DNA of 64,000 bases from Amoebidium appalachense (GCA_963693365.1 CAVNZM010000005.1:4595167-4659166); one strand, 5' to 3'. Counted from the first letter of the stretch, positions 1 through 39,683 are shown. A program made the numbers and translations. The notes: a model not told the origin generated them from the sequence alone.

Positions 1-310
1 GTTGGGTTTCTTCGGGTCTTTGGTTCCTGGAGGGAGAGGGGGGGGAGGGAGGGGGGGCGGGGGGGTGGGTGCACGCCCTAGCTATGGGTTTTGTTCACGT
101 GCTTTCTGCCTGAACCATCGTTTGTTTCTCTTTCTCTTCCATTCTCCGAGCCTATTTTCCCTGTGGTTTCCCACTCACTGCTGCATAATCATCCTGTGTC
201 TAAAACCCACCCCCCCCCCCCCCCCTCCTTCTTTGAACACCACCATCACCTCCGAGTCCACCACCACCACCACCACGTATAAACACATGCACACAGGCAC
301 GTGCATCCCC

Positions 311-347
<37 letters not shown>

Positions 348-622
348 TGCGCGCGGGTGACACACGTGTGTGTGCCCGCACACACACACACACAGAACAT
401 CTCGGGGGAAGTACCTGATTAATCAAACACATGGATTTTTACCATCTGCAATCGCAAGACACACAAGCGCACACACACTAATGGCCTATGCAGGACAACC
501 AGATGGTCTAGTCTGATAAGTAGCCCAGCATTTTCCATGCTAGGTGTTTCCTTCCTTTCTATCAAACTTTTTCCCTTAGGCACTGTCTTCGTCTTTTTCT
601 TTTTAATCCCAATGCTTTTTAA

Positions 623-6737
<6,115 letters not shown>

Positions 6738-7526
6738 ACACTTATGTGAGGTCATGTTTCTGCAAATATGCTCGCAGTTTTTTGGCTATGATTGTGTATG
6801 TGATGTCCTTTATCTGCACACCAGAATAGCTTCATACACCAGAAAATATGGATACGCGGCATATGGTTTAAGACAGAGAGGGGTAACAGGGGACAGAATT
6901 AATCGAATGACAGGCAGTTTTGCACGTTGAGGCACGACGCTTATTTACTATTGCTTTTGTTTGGGATTTGTTGCTCACGGAATACATTTTTTTATTTTTA
7001 TCTGCTTAACAAGTGAGATTAGAGAGAACAAAGGAAATCATTGCAAATTCATCTTGTTTTCAAGGTTTTTAGGATATCTTCTGTGATGGCCCCCGGTTGC
7101 TGGTATTTAACCTCCACCCGCGCCCATTGTGACATGTAAAGGGGCATGAAATTTGGAATCTAACTGTGCGGCTCTATGCCGTTGTTGTGACTCGGTGGGA
7201 AATGCTGCTCGTCAGCTCTAGTTTTAATTTTCAGGATTTAAAACGAGCTACTGGTTGGTCGTAGCAATTTGAACTGTCGCATTCACTTGCGTTTTTGACC
7301 ATGCCTAAGCCCTCTGTGCCAGGTGTGTTGAACAAGAGCTCAACACACTAGTCAGCTTGCTATATGTAGCCGATGATATAAATGATGCTGGCGGCCTTCG
7401 CGAGCTTGTTTGTGTGTGCACGTGTGGGGGTGGGGATGATGCATGTACATGTGTGTGTACGAATACGTATATGATATGTGTGGACGGGTTGTGGTGGTCA
7501 CAGTGGTGGTGGACGTGTGTGTGTGT

Positions 7527-7581
<55 letters not shown>

Positions 7582-7637
7582 AGCACACGCGTAACGGTAC
7601 ATACGTGTGTACACGGTCGAACATCCGGCTGGGCCGT

Positions 7638-8022
7638 CTCCGTGGTACACATATATCTGACAATTGCAATCAACGGCGGCCCACAGCTTTTGGCAAATGC
7701 GAAAAATTATAACTTAAATATCTGCCAATTGCAATCAACGGCGGCCCACAGCTTTTGGCAACTCCATGGTACACATATATCTGCCAATTGCAATCAACGG
7801 CGGCCCACAGCTTTTGGCAAATGCGAAAAATTATAACTTAAATATCTGCCAATTGCAATCAACGGCGGCCCACAGCTTTTGGCAACTCCATGGTACACAT
7901 ATATCTGCCAATTGCAATCAACGGCGGCCCACAGCTTTTGGCAACTCCATGGTACACAAATATCTGACAATTGCAATCAACGGCGGCCCACAGCTTTTGG
8001 CAAATGCGAAGAATTCTAACTT
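7638..8022. repeat. Composite minisatellite: six 44-bp cores joined by two recurring linkers
   Basis: Core ATATCTG(C/A)CAATTGCAATCAACGGCGGCCCACAGCTTTTGGCAA starts at 7653, 7718, 7777, 7842, 7901 and 7960. Linkers are ATGCGAAAAATTATAACTTAA (21 bp) or CTCCATGGTACACA(T/A) (15 bp). Confidence 0.95.
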
Positions 8023-8465
8023 GTGCATTCTTATCATTTGGATGGTTTCTTGTCCGGCCAGCGGCACCGCAACAGTCAACAACAGCAAGACGACATAAGT
8101 GTATCCATGACGTGAACACCAGACCCGCTCAAGTCCTTTTTTTCTCTTTCTTTCATACTATTCAATTGATCATGGCCCAACACAATGATATCCCATACAT
8201 TGTCAAGGAGAAAGGGGGCAAACGATCGTCGAATAATGTTCACCGATACCCAAAAAAAGACGAGACTAAGGAATGATATGCAAACCTAACAGCATGACTG
8301 ACAAACTTTCAGAGCACATAGACCCCAAAAGGTGAGCAAGAACGAAGCAAACATAGTTATTCAACAATATTGCCTGAAATGGCAACATACTGGGAGAGAG
8401 CAAAATACATGTTGGCGCACAGACACGCTTCGAAAGAAGCGCACAGTTTACACATTACGGCATTT

Positions 8466-8506
<41 letters not shown>

Positions 8507-8853
8507 AAAAAAACAAAAACAAAAAAAAACAAAAACAAAACAAAAACAACCACAACCCAACAACCCACCCGCAGACCCACACAAACACGCCAACACACAC
8601 ACACACACAAAAAGAGGAGGAAACCGAGAAACATGTAGGCATTGCAAATACATCTACATGCCAGATCAGTCTGTCTACAGCACCCAGCCTGCATCATGCT
8701 TACCATAACGATAGAAGAAAAACATACAATCGAAGGCACCAGGTCCTACGTACATCAAGTCAGGTATATATCATGTTTTCTCTGCCCATTCATCGTACAA
8801 ATACACCTCAACAGGCTCACACACAAGAACTCATAACGTCCTACCCTTCCACC

Positions 8854-9765
8854 CTAGTCCACATACGCAATCACCGCGCACACATCATCCACCTTACCCC
8901 CCTTGAAGTTATACCCATACTTGCGCGCATGTGACGCAAACGGGCTCACCCTCTCTTCATCTTTTGCCAAAACCGTTGCCCGTGCAACCAATTTCGCAAC
9001 CGCCTCCCTCGTATTAAACCCTCCCGGAGCCGCCAAAAACGGTTTTAACTCATTCTCAATCTCATGATCAAACATATTATCATATAGCCCGTCCGTGCCC
9101 ACCAAGACGACATCCCCCTTCTGCAGAGTCGCCTGAAAGGAGTACGCGTCTCCAGGCCTGTCGATGATAGACCCCGAGCGCATATTTTCAGGCATAACAG
9201 CCAATTGGAACGGTGCGTTAAAAAAGTGCTGCTGCTCGGGGCTGTGCCACGCCGTCCTGCCCTTTCTGAGCAAAACCATTCCGGAATCGCCCAAATTTGC
9301 GCCGTTTAAAACCCCGGTCCTCTTGTCTACGGTGACTATACACGCCGTGCTGCTTCCAGCCTTAACCTTATTCTCCAACACCACCGCGTCATAAGCCAAC
9401 TCCAAAATCTCCCCAGGAAGAGACCCCCCTCCTGATTTTTTCGCCACTTTTTCCGCATTATCCATTAGTGCCCACGCAAACAGAGACGGATCGACCCCAT
9501 GTTCCACCCACCCACCCACGCCGTCAGCAACCCCAAACACGAGGTGTGTGTCGCCGTCGTAAAGGAAAAACGCGTCTTCACCATAGTCTCTTTTTCTCAT
9601 TTCGTGTCCGTTTGTCACTGGGTCAGAGGGGAGCGAGTCGAAGCCTTCCTTCTTCCCGTCTTTGGAAGGCTCTCGTGGCTTCCCTTTTCCGGCGCTGGCA
9701 CAGGCAAAGTGGAGAGGCTGGACAGACGGCGGGTCTACAGTCTGAGGAAGAAGGACGGGGGAGAA

Positions 9766-9832
<67 letters not shown>

Positions 9833-9853
9833 GGGGGGGGGGGGGGGGGGGGG

Positions 9854-9898
<45 letters not shown>

Positions 9899-11021
9899 CG
9901 AGAGGGTGAGAAAAGAGTGAGAAGGGGGGGGGGGGGGGGGGGGGGGGGGTGTAGAACTACCAACTTTTCATTCCTTGCCCGTACCATAAAGTACCCCTGC
10001 TTGGGTATAAAATACAAGGAGCCCCCCCCCCCCCCCCCCTCCAAAAAAAAACGACAACAACGCCCTGTTCGTTACATACCGTGCTCAATTTTCGGTCCCC
10101 AACAAGCATATAAATGATGGACGCCAAACACAAAATTCTTAGCACCCCCCCCCCCCCCCCCCCCCCTCCCTCCCTACCCCTCCAAAAAAGCACACTCACA
10201 CAAACACAAACACACGGACACACGCACAAACCCGCCGCCGCCACCAACACCCCCACCGACAAAACATCAAAAACAACAAGCCTACCCTCTTCTCCCCATA
10301 CCAAAAACCACATTCCCTCGACCCAGCCTCAGCCTAGTTGGATACCGCACTCCCCATTATCCCGCCAGCCCCCCCCCCCCCCCCCCCCCCCCCCCATCTT
10401 CCCTTCCTCCTGTCCCTCCCCACTTTCCCCCACGCGTAGTTATGGTCATAACAACAATCATGACAAGAACAGCAACAGCAACATGGGATCAACAACACCA
10501 CGAGAGAGACAGAGAAAATACAAAGAGACAAGAAGGGGACAACAAACGAAACAACACCTTACAGACAACCAATGAACAAGCAGGCAGGCAGGCCGGCAGG
10601 CCGGCAGGCAGACAGGCAAACCTAGATATGCAAGCAGAGCAACCAAAGCCTCCAAGAAATTATACTTACGTGTGACCCCTGCCACCCCCCCTCCCTCCTC
10701 ACCTCTTCCCCCCGTCCCTCCCCCCCGGCCCCTTCCCCACCCCCACCTCTTCGCCTATCCCCTTTTCACCATTTTCTCATCCTTCCCACCGCCGAACAAG
10801 CGTGAAAACGTTCGCGTGCGCGTGCGCGCGCACACACACACACACACACAAGCACACCGTGACACACGTCCACACACAAAGGTACGTGCACGCACACACA
10901 ACGTCATACACGCAGATAAACGCAGACGCGCGCGCGCGCGCACACACACACACACACAACCCCTCCCCTTTCCCCCCCTCCCCCCGTCCGCCTTCCCCAC
11001 CAAAATGCCTCTTCACCTCGT

Positions 11022-11052
<31 letters not shown>

Positions 11053-11397
11053 CACACACACACATAAACCTCACCCACCCACACACACCCACACCCACAC
11101 CCACACCCACACCCACACCCATCCATCCACCCACCCACCCACCCACCCACCCACACACACACACATAACCCTCACCTTCTGCTGCTCGTGCCTCGGTGCA
11201 GTGACCCGTGCCTGCCTCAGAGAAGCGGCAGATGATAATGGGGCAGCGCCAAAGTATGCGTGTGTGGGAAGCCACGTGCCAAACACGTGCTTGGCCAACT
11301 TGCTTCCTAATATGGCAGGTGCAGGCGACGCAGAACGGAGGGCCAGGGAGAGGCTGGGCCGGAATCGGGCCACCAGAGAGAGCGCAGAAGACAACAT
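8854..11397 (-). CDS. PPTC7: PP2C-family phosphatase, PTC7/PPTC7 type, with a likely mitochondrial presequence
   Basis: Exons 11397-11176 (MLSSALSLVARFRPS..., rich in R/S/A/L and nearly free of acidic residues; donor GTGAGG) and 9741-8854, joined in phase 0. Motifs GEDAFF, GVADGVGGW...GVDPS, GSSTAC, ANLGDSG, QQHFFNAPFQL, TDGLYDN and GGKVDD are typical of PTC7. Confidence 0.93.
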
Positions 11398-12949
11398 GGT
11401 GCGACGATGATGTCACTGAGCGAGACAAAGTCTAAAAATTCGTATCTGCTATAGGCTATACCCGCTCCTAGAGCGTTGCCGTTCCGTTCCGTTGGTCAAG
11501 AGTAGAGGATGGTGTTTTCAAAAAGAGGGTTTGATGGCCATGGTTGCGTCGAAGGAAAAAGGGCCACAGCTCCAAAACATGAATAAGCTCTCAAGAGAAA
11601 GAGCACTTTATTAAAACCTTCCTAAGCTAACCTATCTACTTAAAAAGGATAACATTAGAACCCTGCACCCCCATATCTTCTCCCTCGTTGCCTACTCTGT
11701 ACTCTGTGCGTTCTTCCCCAGAATGAGTGCATGCAAGCACACACCCCCTGCTTTCGCCCCTGTTACGTAGGGCTACCTTTCCGTAGGGCTACCTTCGTAT
11801 GCATTGGCGCATGGAGGGTTGGTATATGGGTGTGTGCGCAGGGCGGGTCGTTATCCGCACAACCGCATTTCGGGTCGAACCTCATACGGTTCACCCCACG
11901 ACCCAAAACTTCTCATTCTAAAAACATCCACCTTCACTACAGAGTTTCTATTTATATTTCCTCAGCTGGACTCCGATCAGAGGGCCAAAGACCGCTACTT
12001 AGGGCCATGCGGCTGAGGCGTTTCGGTGCAGTCTCTGACGGTCCTTTTTACGTTCTGTTCGCTCTGTCGCGCTGGCGGTTTCGACGTAGGTTTTCCCATT
12101 TCTTTTGAGGAGGACTTTTTAATAGTAGAGGAAGGAGAAGACAGTGAATAAGAGAGGTTGTATGAGTGTTATTTTTGGTGGAGAATGCTGACTAAGGGAT
12201 GTATTAGACATCAGCACACATCAAAATGTTCCTTATGCCCCATGCCTTTGGAATTACGACATCACGAAGCTAGGAGTATAGTTAGAATAGTCTAAAAAAG
12301 AACGACACGCGGATAGAGAGGACGCGTTTTGTGTGGATCATTGAGTATTCACGTAGGATTAAGTGTAGATAGCACATCCATCGGCGGCTCGTCAGTCAAC
12401 TGTCGATACCAGAATAGGGCAGGGCACCCATGCTTGGGTGCCAGCTTGGATGCAAAGCTCTGGGGAGATCGACCCAGAAATTCTTTTTTTCTTCTCGCTC
12501 GGATATACAGGGAGCCACCGCCACTTCAGTCCTTAATTTTGTCCGAGAAAGCCTTTTCCAAACAATTTAGCTGGGCTTTCATGGCGACGTGTTATACTGG
12601 TTGCAGAACCGGAAAGGCAGACCAGAAGTTTGCATTGCTGTTTGCTTGTGGACATCGGCAGCCAAAAAATCAGAGCTCTAACGTAGCAACACGAATACGT
12701 GTTCGGATGGATGCACTCAGAGCTCTAACGAATGCATGTTCGGATGGATGCACCCATCACATCCAATAGTAGAGCATGTTAGACGCGAAGATTCCCGATA
12801 ATAATCTGTGCTCTTAGTCTGTTTTCGGCAACAGGCACTCCCTCCTTGCCTCTTCTTGCTTCATCACTTCCGTCAACTTCACCATACACCCCTTGTTGTT
12901 GCGTGTTCTGACTGTTGCATTTCGGGGGCGCAGCACAGAAAACGCAAAG

Positions 12950-13595
12950 ATGGCAAGCAACATCCAGAGTCTGGCTGGGTTCTACAGCAAGAACGTGAAG
13001 GCTGCCAAGGCTCCCAGTGTTATCAACTCCTACCTCAAGGCTGGCATCAACTGGTGCGTGCTTGGTGTGGGGTGGATAAGAGTAGAAGAAATCTGACCAG
13101 CTTGGTTGCACAGAGAGAGGAGGGGGGAGGGGGGCAGTGAGAGGGGCGTGTGTCTGGTTGGGGGGGGGGGGGGGGACATGGGGTGGGACGAAAGGACAGG
13201 TCAAGGAAATGGAAGAGAGCGCTAAAAACAACAACACGAGGGTAGAGCAGGGTATGATACGGCGGGGTTTGCTTGTGTATTTACATCCCCAAGAAGGGGT
13301 AGGGGGGGGGGATGGTGAAGAGCTCAGCATTTGAGACCCACCTCCCCTCCTCTGCAGTAGGGGTTGTTTGTGGGAGGGGATAGAAGGATTGCATAAATGG
13401 ACCGATTGAAAATCGTTTGTCTTTGTTGCTTGATCCCCGCTGGTTTGAAAGTTGAGACTTAATGCTTTGAAACCGATCCAGGTGGATGTGTGCATCACGA
13501 TACTGTATTTTCGCGCGCGCGTGTGTGTGTGCGCACACACACACACAACACACCTATGTGCAGTCCACGGCACACAGAAAAGCGCAGGCAGATGT

Positions 13596-13633
<38 letters not shown>

Positions 13634-14435
13634 GTGTCTGCGTGGGCACACACGGACAAATGCAGAGCAGAAGCATACGCACACATGTACACGACAGCAA
13701 GACACTGCACACGTTTGTGGGCACACTACACTCTATATGCAGTCACACACGCATGCTTGTGGGCATGTGCAGTGACACCGTAAGCATTTAAAGCATAAGC
13801 ATCACTCCATGTGTGCGTGGCATACACGCACACCCATTCACTCAAACACACGAGCACACACTCACTCAAACATGCACATACACACTTCAATGGAACGGAA
13901 TTCCCTACACATCCACCTTATTATACACGTACATTGCTGCAGCTCTGCGTTCTCGATTTCCCTTCTAGACACGGTCACGTTTGACTATGCATATCTACGC
14001 ACACACAAGAAACCCATTAGGACGGAGAGGCAAAGCAACATATAGAGACCTGTCCCGGCCCTTTCATCTAATTTTTTTATGAAGCGTGGTGGCGGGCGTG
14101 GTATGTGAGTGGGCGGAGGAAGGGAGAAGGGCGACGACAGAGTAGAGAGAGGGGGGAGGAGGGAGAAGAGAGAGAGAGAGAAGAGAGATACAATTAGGCA
14201 GCTGGGTGCAAGTCAAGCACGCGTGACCTTCTGCGCGAATTAAGTTGGTTACCTGCACCCCCCACACACTCCTCTTTGCTTTGCCAATAATGATGCCTTC
14301 CTTCCTCCTGACGCTTTTTCTCTCTGCAGGGTGCCGACACTGGGCATGTGGGGTGCTGTTGCCGCCGTTACGCTCGTGTTTGCCGTGCAGCCAACACAGA
14401 TCTACAAGCACCTTCCCCTGACCAAGAAGGACTAA
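12950..14435 (+). CDS. UQCR11: Cytochrome b-c1 complex small subunit (UQCR11/QCR10 family), 69 aa
   Basis: Exons 12950-13053 and 14330-14435 splice to MASNIQSLAGFYSKNVKAAKAPSVINSYLKAGINWVPTLGMWGAVAAVTLVFAVQPTQIYKHLPLTKKD*. NWVPTxxxWGAVxAV followed by a single TM helix matches the UQCR11 family as I recall it. Confidence 0.82.
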
Positions 14436-15909
14436 GCGTAACATAGATACCACTTATAAGCCCCACCATCGTAAAGAATAACACATATGTGAGTGTATAG
14501 TGTGTGAGGGAACCGTGTATGGTTGAGAGACGGTGCCTGAGATATGAAAGGCCCCTGGGGGGCTGGGACACGATTCAGTAAACCGTACTGGTTTCCTCTG
14601 TTTGGTGTGTCACGGATGAGTGTGACACATTCACTTCTCGCTAACAACTTGCAATGCTGTATTATTTGTGTTTCAACACAGATTCTATACATTAGACGGT
14701 ACACGGAAGAAGGGATCGTAAGCGCGCCACAGAAAGTTCAACAAATTCGCACGCACGTAAACACAACCGCAAGACTGGCTAGTACACACCCACCATGTCA
14801 CACAACCACAAGCACAATTCTTAATATACCAAGCAAGTAAGTACAGAATAGAGTTCAAAAGAGGGCCGCATTCGTATCCGTCGAACGACATGCACCGAGT
14901 TCGAATCCGTCGAACAAAAGCGGACACATGTCTAGATTCTTGTGTTACATACATACATAATACCGTACAAGTCACCTGTGCAAGTCACAAATTTGCACGA
15001 ACGGTTGTGCAGAGCGTCTAGATCTTTGAGTCTAACTGGTTTGTATATTCCTGTTCCATAGTTCCTAGCCGTGCTGTGTACTGTGTAAGTTTGTCATGTG
15101 GCATGGAGTGTGCGCTTTTGTGCCCGAATGTGCAAACAAAGCATCCACACAGTGCAGATGATTGTGCGTGGACTTGGGGCCCGGGTAGACAAAGTTGTAG
15201 CAGGGGCCGGAAGGGGTTTTTTTTTTTGTTTTTGGGCCGGGGGGAGGGGGGGAGGGGGGGGCAAGCAGTTGCAAGGGACCAGCTCAGGAGCGGCCAACGG
15301 GGAAAAGGTAGGGACACGAATGTTAGGATCAATCAAGAAGAGTGTGGATATTTTACTGGAGGTCTCGGTGAACAATCCCAGGGTGACTGAAGACAAGTGA
15401 GAGAGAAAGAAAAATGTGTTGTGTTTCAACGACTTGACGGTTAGATATAGTGATGAGGTTTATTTTGATCTATGTAGCAAAGTCACACTTATTTTGGTTT
15501 TAGGCCTTGAACACATAGGCAAGAGACAATGGTGCAACCTATTGGGCATACTAATTATATACACCTGCGATTCAAGCCGAACGCTAGCGCTAGCCTAAAC
15601 TGTCTTTGGAATAATGAGCTAAATTCGCAATCAAAAGCCTTATGCAATATTCCTCTGCCACCACATTAACATGAGGGGGGGTTGGGGAGGGGGGGGAGGG
15701 GGGAGGCAGAGGGAAAGTAGGGCGGAGGGAGGATGAGGAAGGGGGAGGGGGTAAGAGAGGGGAGAAGGGGGAAGAGGGAGGGAGGAAGCCAGGGAACTTC
15801 CACAGATGCACCAAAATAGTTCTTGCTGTCCCCCCTCCCCCCCTCCCCCCCGCCCCCCCACCACCACCACCACCATCTCCTCCTCCTCCTCCTCCCCGTC
15901 CTACCTCTT

Positions 15910-16482
15910 TCAATCCTTTTTCACCCCTGTCTTTGACAGGATCGTCCCAGTCACACATGAAGCCACCACCACCGCCGCACTCCCCCACATGACCGCCGGG
16001 CTCGGGTCTTCCGTGTCAACCACAAACTCGGCACACACCAACGGCAGAAACATGAGCACGTGATAACCTCGTGACGCCGATGCTCTCTTCCTGTCTTCGG
16101 GTTTGAGCGTCACTTTCAAGCCCCTCTTCCATTCTAGAACCGTGCGTAAAACACATGCAGTCCCTGTTGTAGCAGCGAGAAAAAGCCCTGCTCTCCGCAG
16201 ATGTTTGATGCTATCCCAATGTTGGGGGGAGTAGACACCAGCTACGTAGCCAGCACCGAGAAAGGAAACTACTCCTGCGTGTAGCACGGTGGATGCAAGG
16301 GAAAAAGGCTTGGGGAAGGTGAGAGTTGCCTCTGTGTTGGCATCTTGCGCATGTTCACTTGACTTTTTGTCCTCGGAGGAGGAGGGAGAGGATGGGTATT
16401 CGCGGAATAGGCCCCAGCACACGAGCGTGGTGGCGGCTACGCCGGGGATAAGAAGTCTCAAAGCGCTATTTTCTCCGTCCAT
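15910..16482 (-). CDS. Hypothetical multi-pass membrane protein, ~190 aa, family not recognised
   Basis: ATG-initiated ORF (context ACCATGG), free of microsatellites, with 4-5 hydrophobic segments separated by polar loops. The 3' end could be spliced further. Confidence 0.6.
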   Translation of the reverse strand: MDGENSALRLLIPGVAATTLVCWGLFREYPSSPSSSEDKKSSEHAQDANTEATLTFPKPFSLASTVLHAGVVSFLGAGYVAGVYSPQHWDSIKHLRRAGLFLAATTGTACVLRTVLEWKRGLKVTLKPEDRKRASASRGYHVLMFLPLVCAEFVVDTEDPSPAVMWGSAAVVVASCVTGTILSKTGVKKD

Positions 16483-16759
16483 GGTGATATGATAAGTATG
16501 AGTTCATAGGTTTTGGCATGGCCCACGTACATAACTGTTTTGGGAGATCCGATGAGCTAGACCGCTTTCATCACATTTAAAATTTGTCACCAAGGCTCAG
16601 TAGTCTAAATATGGAGACTCAAGGAGCAGGAATCATGCCTGTACGATTATTGCAAAACCAATCCACGTGTCGTCATAGTGCACGCAGCATTGGCCCAACG
16701 AAATCACTGTTCGTTTTTTTTTTTTGTTTTTTTTAAATTTTTTTGTTGTTTTTTTTGCC

Positions 16760-16820
<61 letters not shown>

Positions 16821-17533
16821 CACGTAGGCCTTTTGCAATGCGCGTGCACGTGTGTCACGTTGTGTGTGTTGGTGTGGGTGGGAACCGGTGGCTTGGATGG
16901 AGGGCCCGGTGGTCGGGCCGGGGTTGGTGTGTGTACATGTGTGTGTGTGTGTTTGGGGAGGGGGGGGGGGGGGGGGGGGGGGGTCTTAAGCTTAGCTACA
17001 TCTACGTATACAGCAGCTTTGCAGTAAATTTGAAACAACCAAACAATAGTTTAGACAGACCACAATATAATATTCGTGAAGCAAATGACGGGCAGCTGGG
17101 GGGTTCTTTTTATTTTATTCAACAGCCAATATTAATGCCCGATTCAGTCGTGTCTTACTTGCAAATAATATCCTCGTCCCACTGGATCACATCAATTTTT
17201 GCCACCTTCAATGCACATAATGCCACCAACATTTTGAACCACTTGTGCAATATCATGATTAACTATTCGGCGCCCACACATAGGGTTAATCATATAGTAT
17301 GTCGTCCGACACTGACTGAAGACACTTCGTTACAAACGAAGGTGTTGGCAGATTATGACACGTTGATGCACTTAAGAGTAGCTATATAATATGTACAAAC
17401 GTTAACCTAGGCCTTCTAGCCACACCGGCATGAAGTACTATCACGGGGCATGATTTTACTCGAGTACGTCGGCAGAGTTGGTTCAAAACGGTCCACTGAG
17501 CCGAAAAACACCATTGCCCAGGTGAAAGGGGAA

Positions 17534-17575
<42 letters not shown>

Positions 17576-17857
17576 GGCATAATATGAAACAGGTGCACCG
17601 AAAAATCGAGCGTGGGCAACCAGGTATGAAGAACAGATATAATTGAAAGCCGGTTAAGTTAAGAAGAAGCTTAAAAAAAAAAAAAAAAAAAAAAAACTGC
17701 CGCAACCTCTCGGTCCTAGCATGGTTGCTGCATACATCCAAAAAACTAGCACACATGCACTCGCCAATAATCGTAATCACTGCTTGTCCCAAGTTTCCGC
17801 CCATCCGAATTCTGACAGGAGGATGTCACCGAGTTCAGCCTAAAAACTTAAAAAACA

Positions 17858-38035
<20,178 letters not shown>

Positions 38036-38708
38036 GACTGACGCTCTGTCAGCAGTGCCCCGCCAGATCAAGGTCACATAACATGGTGTCACCCAACCAA
38101 AGAGTAGCTGGAGTAGTATTGAAAAGTTTTAGGTTGAGTGCCAAAAACTATTACAAGGCTTAATAAGGCAAATTGTGAATCGTTCAGTGGTGTGGTGTGA
38201 CCAAACGTGGAAGGTGCACGCTCCTCGAGCCAAAGTTGCAAGAAGCAAAGTGTTGTCTTCTGTGAAAGACCCCTTTCTTGTCGATTATATTTTTACAACA
38301 ATGACTAGAATCTCAACTTTCCTATGTATAAGCGTCGGCAAGGTTAGGTCTCAACTTTCCTTTATATAAGCGTCGGCAAGGTTAGCTCACCTGCGACTTG
38401 TACGTTGCACATGGACGCACCGCAATGCCGTTGTTACAGTTCAATGATGGCAAGCAGGAAATTTGGCATGTACAAAAGGCTATCGCTAATTACAAGGCCC
38501 TAACAGCCCAAAAGGTGTGGCACCCCGACAATCAGCTCAAACCCACTTCTACAAAAACAGTTCTCTTGGCCTTTCAAGGGTCCTGCCACTCCCCTGAGAA
38601 ACGGTTTCATTGGGTTCACTCCGAGATTTTGAAATAACGCAGTAACGGTTATCGACAGTGCTATCGCGCGACCGTGGTACTCAGAGGGCCGTGGCGCGAC
38701 TCGCGCGA

Positions 38709-38762
38709 CTATCGATCAAGGCCTCCTAAATAGCACACCATTTAGGAGGCCTTGCTATCGAT
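38709..38762. mobile_element. 38-bp inverted-repeat mini-element between 8-bp direct repeats (possible hAT/P-type remnant)
   Basis: CTATCGAT-[CAAGGCCTCCTAAAT-AGCACACC-ATTTAGGAGGCCTTG]-CTATCGAT: perfect 15-bp inverted repeats and a perfect 8-bp flanking duplication. Confidence 0.6.
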
Positions 38763-38784
38763 GACGGACTATCGATGACGTCAG

Positions 38785-38830
<46 letters not shown>

Positions 38831-39111
38831 CCCCCGCCCCCGCCCACCCGCGGTGCAGGGCTATGACGCTAATACAACAATTTATACAAACGAACATAGG
38901 AAGGGAAAGGGTAGGAAGGAGAAGGAAAGGGGACTGTAGCCAGGGCGTGTGCTTGACAATGTGTAATTAAGGCACCTTAGTAATGCATGTGACGTGTGTA
39001 CGCCGAGTTTGCACGCTCGCGTCCGTGTGTGTGCACACGCGTACACTCTTGTCCTTGTGTTCGAATGTACCGTGTGTCCCATCATGTCTGGCGGCTGTCA
39101 GTGTCCCGCCA

Positions 39112-39265
<154 letters not shown>

Positions 39266-39335
39266 CTGTTGTGTGTGGGTGTGGGTGGGCGGGGGGAGGG
39301 TGAGTGTGTGTGTGTGTGTGTGTGTGTGCGTGTGC

Positions 39336-39385
<50 letters not shown>

Positions 39386-39636
39386 TTTTTCTTCGGATTT
39401 TCTTTGTTTGCCTGGCAGTGGGTGAGGGAACACCATTACGATCAGTTTTCTCCAGAAAGTAATCAAGAGGAACACTTTTCTCTTGGCACAATTACCGTCT
39501 ATATATTTATTATTTTGCGTGCTCTGCTTCGATACCCCTGTGTCACCCGTTGCACCTGCAAGAGTCTTTATATACCAGGCTCCCCATAAGCCCATTGATG
39601 CTGCAGTGTAGAATTCCTCCCGGTGGTGCCTGTAGG

Positions 39637-39683
39637 TTACTTGCGCACAAAGGTCTTGCCACTGCAAGGTATGTGTGTGTGTG

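Noticed and set aside
7638-8022. CRISPR array
   Set aside because: Only two short linker sequences recur, repeats are longer than the linkers, no cas genes, eukaryotic context.
14868-14915. B-box-like GTTCGAATCC suggesting a tRNA gene
   Set aside because: It is part of a short direct repeat (TTCG[T/A]ATCCGTCGAAC twice); no acceptor stem, D arm or anticodon arm can be formed.
16724-17389. 221-aa plus-strand ORF over an AT-richer segment
   Set aside because: Its N-terminal half is homopolymer-derived and the rest has no recognisable homology or splice context.
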